Shown here piece after piece: positions 57,099-64,000 of a DNA stretch of 64,000 nt (within the stretch, counting starts at the first letter, position 1; each line of letters starts with the position of its first letter). Source of the DNA: Bacteroidales bacterium. GTDB lineage: Bacteria; Bacteroidota; Bacteroidia; Bacteroidales; UBA932. The notes under the pieces are model-generated. The model was not told the origin of the DNA. It worked only from the letters and a program-made list of their open reading frames with translations, and did no database searches. Made by a program: the position numbers and the translations under genes. The DNA lies in assembly GCA_024402025.1 (NCBI GenBank), contig JAKSJY010000001.1, forward strand, positions 84-64,083, read 5' to 3'.

Positions 57099-58958
57099 AT
57101 GGACATAAGATTTACGATTGAATATTTCACCCGATGGGGCGAAAGCCTCAGCATAGTGGCGGAGGATGTAAAATATCCGATGCATTGGGAAGGAGACGGC
57201 GTGTGGAGTGTTACGGTCCCTGACTGCGGACCTGATTTCCTGAAGGACTACAGCTATGTTGTGATCGAGGACGGAATCATTGTCCGCACGGAATGGGAGC
57301 ATCACAGTGCCCGCAAGGCGAAAGTCATACGGGACGAGTGGAAGAGCTGTCCCATTCCCGGCTGTCCTTTCCCACGCAGACATTCCGCGGAGATTTTCGA
57401 CCGTCCGGGATTCAGGGGCGCGGGAACGGCGGTCCCGGTTTTCTCGCTGAGGACCCGGAACGATTTCGGGACGGGGGAGTTCAACGACCTGGTGCCCCTC
57501 ATAGACTGGGCGGCGGCAACGGGTCAATGCATCATCCAGCTTCTTCCGGTCAACGACACTACGCGTCGCGGGGAATGGGGGGACTCCTATCCGTACAGTC
57601 CCGCAAGCAGCTTCGCACTGCATCCCCTGTATATCAACCTCCAGGACATAGGAGTAAAGGCGGATGCCGCCTTCAGGAAACTTCAGTCCGAACTCAACGC
57701 CCTTGAGGAACTGGATTATCCCCGGGTCTTCAGGGAGAAGACGGCGCTTATGCACAAGGCATTCGAGGACAGGGGCGCAAAGGATATGAGCGGCAGCGCA
57801 TACAGAAAATTCTATGCTGCGAACGCATACTGGCTCGGAGAATATGCGGAGTTCTGCGCACGCAGGGACTCTCTGGAGCCGGAGTATTACGCCTGGGTCC
57901 AGTACCACCTCGACCGGCAGTTCTCCAAGGTTGTCGCCTATGCCCATTCCAAGGGAGTCTACCTCAAGGGGGACCTTCCCATCGGAGTTGGCGGGGACGG
58001 CGCGGACGCCTGCTGGCACCCCGAGCTGTTCAACCTCGATTCCAGCGCCGGAGCCCCGCCGGATTATTTCTCCGCGGACGGCCAGAACTGGGGTTTCCCT
58101 ACCTATAACTGGGAGGAGATGGCCAAGGACGACTACGCCTGGTGGAAGGCGAGACTGCGCAAGATGGCGGAGTATTTCGACGCTTTCCGCATAGACCACA
58201 TATTGGGATTCTTCAGGATATGGGAAATCCCCTCCGGGGAGAAGAGCGGCAAGGCCGGGCATTTCAACCCCGCCATCCCGTATCCGCTCGGGGACATCGA
58301 GGCCGCAGGGCTTCCCGTCAAGGGCCTTTTCCATCCCGACCCGAGGAATCCCGGAATGTACCAGCCGCTGATTGCTCCGGATTCCGGGAAGTTGCCATCC
58401 CCGCAGAACGAGAGGTTCGGAGCTATGTATGAAGACTTCTTTTTCCGCCGCAATGAGGAATTCTGGCGCCGCAATGCAGAGAGGAAACTTCCCGAACTGC
58501 TGGGCGCTACCGGAATGCTGGCCTGCGGCGAGGACCTCGGAATGGTGCCCGCGTGCGTACCCGGTGTGATGGAAAAGGAAAGGATACTGTCATTGAAGAT
58601 GAAGGGAATGTCGGAGGACGGCGCCTGGCCGGAGCTTAGCGTGTGCGCAACTTCGAGCCACGATATGCAGCCACTCAGAATGCAGGGTGCGGAGGATCCG
58701 TCTCCGCGGGAGTGCGCCGATGTCCTGTCGCGCTTTCTCGCCTCGCCCTCGATGCTGGCCATCTTCCCCATCCAGGACTGGTTGTCCATCAGCCCCGACC
58801 TGCGCAACCCCGACCGCAACGAGCGCATCAACGAGCCTGCCGATCCGGCCCATCACTGGAGGTGGCGGCTTCACGTGGATGTAGGCAGCCTTGCTGCTGA
58901 CGGGGATTTCTGCGCCCGGGTGAGAGAACTGATAAAAAATTCAAGGAGGACTGTATAG
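57099..58958 (+). CDS. malQ: 4-alpha-glucanotransferase (GH77, DPE2-like, short form)
   Basis: GTAVPVFSLR, IQLLPVND, LKGDLPIG, GAPPD.F...GQNWGFP, RIDHILGFFRIW, GEDLG, SSHD, RINEP. Confidence 0.93.
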   Translation: MDIRFTIEYFTRWGESLSIVAEDVKYPMHWEGDGVWSVTVPDCGPDFLKDYSYVVIEDGIIVRTEWEHHSARKAKVIRDEWKSCPIPGCPFPRRHSAEIFDRPGFRGAGTAVPVFSLRTRNDFGTGEFNDLVPLIDWAAATGQCIIQLLPVNDTTRRGEWGDSYPYSPASSFALHPLYINLQDIGVKADAAFRKLQSELNALEELDYPRVFREKTALMHKAFEDRGAKDMSGSAYRKFYAANAYWLGEYAEFCARRDSLEPEYYAWVQYHLDRQFSKVVAYAHSKGVYLKGDLPIGVGGDGADACWHPELFNLDSSAGAPPDYFSADGQNWGFPTYNWEEMAKDDYAWWKARLRKMAEYFDAFRIDHILGFFRIWEIPSGEKSGKAGHFNPAIPYPLGDIEAAGLPVKGLFHPDPRNPGMYQPLIAPDSGKLPSPQNERFGAMYEDFFFRRNEEFWRRNAERKLPELLGATGMLACGEDLGMVPACVPGVMEKERILSLKMKGMSEDGAWPELSVCATSSHDMQPLRMQGAEDPSPRECADVLSRFLASPSMLAIFPIQDWLSISPDLRNPDRNERINEPADPAHHWRWRLHVDVGSLAADGDFCARVRELIKNSRRTV

Positions 58959-58959
58959 A

Positions 58960-60102
58960 ATGAAAGCGTTGATGTTGGCCCTGGCCCTCTCGGGAGGTCC
59001 GGATCTGCCGGAACTTTGCGATTCCGTGATAAATGCCGCGATCGGGAACGAAATCACCCCCGGAGCCGTTCTGTGTATCACAAAGGATGACAAGATAGTA
59101 TATAAGAAGGCCTATGGTCTGAAATCCTACCTGCCGGCGGAGGCTCCCATGACCGAAGATACGGTCTTCGACCTGGCATCCCTGAGCAAGTGTTTCGGGA
59201 CGACCCTGTCCTTTATGAAACTCATAGAGGAAGGAAAGGTGTCACTGGACGACCCGGTGAAGAAATACATCCCGGCATTCGAGCCCTGGAGGAGCAAGGA
59301 CGGGAGGGATTCGGTGGATATCAACATACGTCACCTGATGACCCATACCTCGGGGCTTTTCCCCGTCGTCATCCTCAATGAATTCCTTCCCCGTTACGGA
59401 GAGAACCAGCCTGACAGCCTCCGGGAGTTCATCGCACGCGAGCATCCCCGTCTTTTCAGGCCCGGGACGGGTCTGAAATACAGTTGTCCGAACTTCATAG
59501 TGCTCCAGGAGATTCTGGAGACGGTGACGGGACAGCGTCTGTGCGATTATGCCTATGAGAATATCTACAAGCCGCTCGGATTGAAAAACACGATGTATCT
59601 TCCTCTGGACAGGGACATTCCCCGAAGGATCCAGTTGAGGCTTGCTCCTACCGAGTTGCTGGAGGACGGCACCCTGCTCGTCGGCAGGGTCCATGACCCT
59701 ACGGCCAGACTTGTGAACAACGGCAACTCCGGCAATGCCGGATTGTTCTCCTGCGCGGAGGACCTCGCCGTGCTGTGCTCGATGGTGATGAATGACGGGA
59801 TGTGGAAAGGCGTACGCATATTGCAGCCGGAAACGGTGCGGCTGATGGAGGAAGTTCCCTATCCGGAGGTGGGGCGTGCGCTGGGATGGGACTCAACCAG
59901 CCCGAGTGCGTTCTTCGAAGGCGACCTCGCCGTCGACCGCTGCCTGTGCCATACCGGGTACACCGGTCCGTCGGTGGTGATGGACCTTGACAGGCACATT
60001 GCAATAATACTCCTGTGCAACCGCGTCCATCCCATAGACCGCGACGGCCTCGGCCAGACCAGAAAAGAAATATCCAACATCGTTTACGGGACACTGCGAT
60101 AA
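58960..60102 (+). CDS. Serine hydrolase, beta-lactamase/PBP-like family
   Basis: FDLASLSK (SxxK), LMTHTSG, YSCPNF, VHDP.A, GNAGLFS, HTGYTG. Confidence 0.9.
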   Translation: MKALMLALALSGGPDLPELCDSVINAAIGNEITPGAVLCITKDDKIVYKKAYGLKSYLPAEAPMTEDTVFDLASLSKCFGTTLSFMKLIEEGKVSLDDPVKKYIPAFEPWRSKDGRDSVDINIRHLMTHTSGLFPVVILNEFLPRYGENQPDSLREFIAREHPRLFRPGTGLKYSCPNFIVLQEILETVTGQRLCDYAYENIYKPLGLKNTMYLPLDRDIPRRIQLRLAPTELLEDGTLLVGRVHDPTARLVNNGNSGNAGLFSCAEDLAVLCSMVMNDGMWKGVRILQPETVRLMEEVPYPEVGRALGWDSTSPSAFFEGDLAVDRCLCHTGYTGPSVVMDLDRHIAIILLCNRVHPIDRDGLGQTRKEISNIVYGTLR

Positions 60103-60109
60103 ATTTCAG

Positions 60110-60763
60110 ATGAAGCGGGCAATTACAATAATTCCAGTCATTCTTCTTGTCGTTCTTTCCTGCAGCAGGCGGTTGGAAGAACCGGAGATTCAAACGGAAA
60201 GGGAGTTGTCCGTGGCGGAAAAGGTGGAGAAGGAAATGATGGAAGTCCTGTCAAGGGATTGGAAAACCCTTTCGGACACGTTGAGTTATTTCGACTCCGA
60301 GATGCTGTCAAAAGGCAGGCTCAAGGGCATAGCGCCCGATGGGGTCTATTACGAACTCGACCTCGGCAGGAAAGACGGGCTTGGCGTTGAAGCCGACTTC
60401 AGCGTAGAAGACAGCACCTGGGTTTCCGTCTGCGGGCAGATTGTCCCTCCCGGGATATGCCTTTCCGCCTTTGATACGGAGTTTACCATAAGAAAGGAAT
60501 CCGGAGACAGCACCAGCCTTTCCGTCTCGGAAATCAAGGTCGTCGCTCCGTTGTTCTTCCTGTGTGAAAAAGATCTCCAGGCTTCCTTGCTTTTCGAAGG
60601 ACGGTATGTGGGATTCCTCACGTGGGAAAGATTCGAGAACACCGACTACAGCACAGGAACGTACGTCGTCGCACATTTCAACAATGACCCCCGCACTTTC
60701 GCGATATATGACAAAGGACTCATAAACTTGCTGAAACAGAATCTGACGGATGTCCTCAAGTAA
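60110..60763 (+). CDS. Hypothetical lipoprotein
   Basis: Lipobox VLSC after a hydrophobic stretch; fills the gap in a co-directional operon. Confidence 0.7.
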   Translation: MKRAITIIPVILLVVLSCSRRLEEPEIQTERELSVAEKVEKEMMEVLSRDWKTLSDTLSYFDSEMLSKGRLKGIAPDGVYYELDLGRKDGLGVEADFSVEDSTWVSVCGQIVPPGICLSAFDTEFTIRKESGDSTSLSVSEIKVVAPLFFLCEKDLQASLLFEGRYVGFLTWERFENTDYSTGTYVVAHFNNDPRTFAIYDKGLINLLKQNLTDVLK

Positions 60764-62762
60764 GTTCATACTGATTCTTTCCGGTCTTCTGGTTTCTCTG
60801 GCGGCACATTCTCAAGTGCCGCCGGACTTTACTCCCGTGTATGAACTGGACAGTATAGTGGTGTCTTCCACGAAGAGGACAAACGGGATAAAGGGGGACG
60901 TTGCAAAAGGCCTCAGCATAAAGATGTCATCGCTCGCAACTTTCCCGAAGACGCTCGGTGTTGCCGACCCCCTGAAATTCGCGCAGTCGCTGCCCGGCGT
61001 CACAACAAATTCCGAATGGGAAAACGGATTGAAAATCCAGGGTTGTGAGGCAAGCCAGAGTGCCATCAAATTGTGTGATGTGCCCGTATTCAATCAGGGC
61101 CGCATTCTGGGGCTGTTCTCCGTGTTCAACCCCGGGCATTTCAAGGAAATCCGGTTCAGCACATCAACCTCCTCGAGAAGAATCGGGGGCGAACTCGGAC
61201 TTGACACGAGCGACACCTTGAGCCGCGTGCTGAACGGAGAAGCCAATCTGGGGCCGATCTCGGCATATTTTACCCTGGCTTTTCCGACAGGCAGGAAATC
61301 TTCCCTCACAATATCCGGACGCCGTTCATTCATTGACGTGTTCTACAAGGGCCTGCTGAAAATGGACGGGGCCGAAATGAACTACAAATTCTATGACGTC
61401 AATGCAAGCTACCTCTATGTGCCCGACAAGTACAACACGATAGATGCAAATGCATATTTCGGGATGGATGACGGCTATGTCAACGCCGACAAATTCAGCG
61501 GGAATATAGGTGCCGTATGGAGCAGTGTCGTTGCCAACGTCCGCTGGAGGCACCACAAGGATGATCTCGACGTCTCGACGCAGGCGTATCTCAGCACCTA
61601 TTTCATGAGCGGAAACCTTGTACTGGGGGCCAATGCCGGGAGGGCTGAAGACTACATCGCGGATGCGGCTGTCCACAGCGTTGCAAAGTGGCGCGGATGG
61701 GAATTCGCCGCAGAAGCGGACTACTACGACATCCAGCCTCAGAACATCTTCGACCTGTCTTCCACAAGCCCGGGGGCCGGCCTCGTGCCCAAGCAGCAGT
61801 CGGTCCTCGCTACCCTAAGGTCTTCCCGCAGGCTTTTTGACGGCGATTTCGCGCTTAAGCCAAGCCTTGCCGTCAGCCTGTACTCCGACATATCCGACAA
61901 GAACCTTTTCCCCCGCATCGATCCGGAAATATCCGCCGAATACAATTTCTATGAAGGTGGCCGGCTGAGCCTGGATATGGGTTTCAAGCATCAATATCTG
62001 TTTATGACCGGGATGACCAGCAGCGGTTTTCCCGTCGAGTTCTGGCTGGGCTGCGGCAAATATTCAAAGCCGCAGGCTTCTTTGTTCGGGACGTTGTCCT
62101 ATAGTGTCAATCTGCCCGGCGATGCATTTTCCATCAATCTCCAGACTTATGGGAAGAGGATGTGGAACATGGTCGAATATTCCGGCTACCTGTCGGAACT
62201 TTTGGGAGGCAGCTACAACCTGCAGAACATGCTTCTCAACGGAGACGGATACAACTACGGCGTTACGGCCCAGGTGCAGAAAAACAGCGGCAAACTCACA
62301 GGGTGGATCAGCTACAGCTGGACCCGGGCGCTTCGCAGGTTCGACAATCCCGACTTCCCGTATATCTATCCGTCTGCGCACGAGCGGGAGCACGAATTCA
62401 AGGCGGTTGCATCATACAGGACAGGCAGATGGGAGTTCGGAGGCAACTTTATCTTCACTTCCGGTCTGCCCTATACGCCGGTCTCATCCGTATATTTTCT
62501 GAATCAGAACATCCTTGTCAAATACGGGGAAAGGAACTCGAAGAGGCTCTCTCCTTACATCAGGCTTGACCTGTCGGCAAGTTTCAACATCCGCTGCAGC
62601 GGACGCTTCCGGGACGGGATCAACATTTCCGTCCAAAACGTCACGGCCCGTGACAACCAGATGACCGCCGTGTTGAAGGTCAAGGACGGAAAATACAGTT
62701 ACGCTCCGGCAACCCTTTCCATCCCGGTTATGCCGTCGATCAACTATTATTGCAGGTTTTAA
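60750..62762 (+). CDS. TonB-dependent receptor
   Basis: Signal peptide, TonB-box-like LDSIVVS, plug D.LK..Q.LPGV, barrel strands GWISYSW, SGLPYT, YIRLDLS, C-terminal Phe. Confidence 0.85.
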   Translation: MSSSKFILILSGLLVSLAAHSQVPPDFTPVYELDSIVVSSTKRTNGIKGDVAKGLSIKMSSLATFPKTLGVADPLKFAQSLPGVTTNSEWENGLKIQGCEASQSAIKLCDVPVFNQGRILGLFSVFNPGHFKEIRFSTSTSSRRIGGELGLDTSDTLSRVLNGEANLGPISAYFTLAFPTGRKSSLTISGRRSFIDVFYKGLLKMDGAEMNYKFYDVNASYLYVPDKYNTIDANAYFGMDDGYVNADKFSGNIGAVWSSVVANVRWRHHKDDLDVSTQAYLSTYFMSGNLVLGANAGRAEDYIADAAVHSVAKWRGWEFAAEADYYDIQPQNIFDLSSTSPGAGLVPKQQSVLATLRSSRRLFDGDFALKPSLAVSLYSDISDKNLFPRIDPEISAEYNFYEGGRLSLDMGFKHQYLFMTGMTSSGFPVEFWLGCGKYSKPQASLFGTLSYSVNLPGDAFSINLQTYGKRMWNMVEYSGYLSELLGGSYNLQNMLLNGDGYNYGVTAQVQKNSGKLTGWISYSWTRALRRFDNPDFPYIYPSAHEREHEFKAVASYRTGRWEFGGNFIFTSGLPYTPVSSVYFLNQNILVKYGERNSKRLSPYIRLDLSASFNIRCSGRFRDGINISVQNVTARDNQMTAVLKVKDGKYSYAPATLSIPVMPSINYYCRF

Positions 62763-63589
62763 TGAAAAGGCTCCGGTATATAATCTTTGTATTGATGCTC
62801 TCCGCATGCAGCAACGGTTTCCTCGCATCGGACAATGTCGCGGAACTTGTTGTAGAAGGTTGGATAGAAAGCGGCCATGCGCCTGTTGTCCTGGTGTCCA
62901 GCACGCTGCCGGTCAGTTCGACGCCGCAACCTGTCTCGGACATTTCAAAGCACATTCTCCGCTATGCGGAAGTCTATATCGACCATAACGGACAGAGAGA
63001 ATATCTTACGGCCCGTCTTACGGACAGATTTACAGTCACCAATTACTTCACGTCCCCCACGCTGCGGGGCGTCCCCGGGGACACCTACCTGCTGCACGTC
63101 AAATGGCAGAATTTCGAGGCGTCGGCGGTATGCACCATACCTGAACCGGTCGCAATCGATACGGTGTTCTTCGAGAAAGCCTTGGACGACACGTCGTTCG
63201 TGGCGAAGATGGTATTCCACAACAATCCGGGGGTCGGGACACTTTACCAATCCTTCAGCAGGGTTGGTTCGGAATCGAACGCATACAGGGCGGTGAATTT
63301 CACAACCATGGACGGATCTGCGATAGACGACATTGTAGTGGAGACATTCATGAGGCCGCTGAAAAACATAGGTGCAGACGATGTGTATTTCCATCCCGGC
63401 GACACGCTCGCTTTGAAACTCGCCACAATCGAGCGTCCGATGTATGATTTCTGGAAGGAATATGCCAACTACTCGAATTCTTCGGGTTCGATACTGGGCG
63501 CACCCAAGAACGTCAAGGGCAACGTCTCCGGTGCCATCGGCTACTGGGCCGGCTACGGCATCGACATAAAAGAATTGATATGCGAATGA
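62762..63589 (+). CDS. DUF4249-like lipoprotein
   Basis: Lipobox LSAC, LVVEGWI, G.PG.TY.L.V, C-terminal GNVSGAIGYW.GY; follows the TonB-dependent receptor. Confidence 0.8.
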   Translation: MKRLRYIIFVLMLSACSNGFLASDNVAELVVEGWIESGHAPVVLVSSTLPVSSTPQPVSDISKHILRYAEVYIDHNGQREYLTARLTDRFTVTNYFTSPTLRGVPGDTYLLHVKWQNFEASAVCTIPEPVAIDTVFFEKALDDTSFVAKMVFHNNPGVGTLYQSFSRVGSESNAYRAVNFTTMDGSAIDDIVVETFMRPLKNIGADDVYFHPGDTLALKLATIERPMYDFWKEYANYSNSSGSILGAPKNVKGNVSGAIGYWAGYGIDIKELICE

Positions 63590-64000
63590 AACCGATAATA
63601 CTACTGATTTTATGCGCAATGTTTTCATCTTGCGCAGACAGGGGCTCTTCAACCGTGATAAACGGCATCAAGGTCCTCAATCTTCACGGATCCTGGAACG
63701 AGATGGGAGAACAGTACGGCCGTCTGGCGAAAGATGAGCTGGCAGACGTCCTGGACTATATGCGTTCCTCCACGGTCGACAGCACGCACCTCTCCCAGGC
63801 GCAGAGCATTGCAGATACGCTTTTCAGCCAATATCCGCAGGAGTTGCGCGACTTCCTGAAGGCGGCATCCGCTTCTTCCGGCATTTCTGAGAGCGACCTT
63901 GTCCTCGCGAATGCCGTCGAATACGCGGAGGGCAGCTTTTTTTGCAGCGGATTGGCCGTTTGGGGCGAATATGCCAAAGGCGCACTCGTCTACGGCCGCA
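63586..64000 (+). CDS. C45-family Ntn-hydrolase/acyltransferase lipoprotein (partial, runs off window)
   Basis: Missing from ORF track. Manual translation gives MKPIILLILCAMFSSC...LHGSWNEMGEQYG...AEGSFF/CSGLAVWG...LVYGR, with the GS..EMG.QYG motif and an autoproteolytic CS site. Confidence 0.75.
   Translation, partial: MKPIILLILCAMFSSCADRGSSTVINGIKVLNLHGSWNEMGEQYGRLAKDELADVLDYMRSSTVDSTHLSQAQSIADTLFSQYPQELRDFLKAASASSGISESDLVLANAVEYAEGSFFCSGLAVWGEYAKGALVYGR

Noticed and set aside
58960-60102. Class C beta-lactamase resistance gene
   Set aside because: It has SxxK but YSC and HTG instead of YxN and KTG, which fits the broader esterase/amidase-like serine hydrolases.
1-64000. CRISPR arrays, IS/transposases, integrases, prophage, reverse transcriptases, defence systems, rRNA/tRNA
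   Set aside because: No repeat-spacer arrays or diagnostic motifs were seen, and nearly all sequence is accounted for by housekeeping CDSs.

Overview
Gene-dense chromosomal window from a Bacteroidales bacterium. The evidence is TAnnTTTG -7 promoter boxes, Bacteroidota-type SdhA, EF-G2 and MurA, and a TonB-dependent receptor with a DUF4249 partner. A rumen/gut Cryptobacteroides/RC9-like lineage is my guess only. About 51 CDSs cover DNA repair (ruvB, mfd, mutS, mutS2, comM, yraN, rnhB), envelope biogenesis, an RND pump, thyA-folA, and an aspartokinase-dap cluster. I saw no rRNA, tRNA, CRISPR, transposase or phage genes. The strongest non-gene signal is a probable replication origin between ruvB and mfd. 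It has TTATCAACA boxes, a box/GC-spacer/GAT-triplet unwinding module and an AT-rich tract, gene orientation switches there, and no dnaA lies in the window. Other notable items: a DHFR gene broken by an in-frame TGA inside an adenine-depleted patch, a probable dual-membrane-spanning anti-sigma/ECF pair, a HEXXH-protease/propeller/beta-barrel protein coupled to a CpXC Zn-ribbon protein, a His-less EF-G paralog, near-leaderless promoters, compacted enzymes and a structured ~105-bp spacer upstream of aspS. All product calls come from motif recognition by eye; no searches were run.
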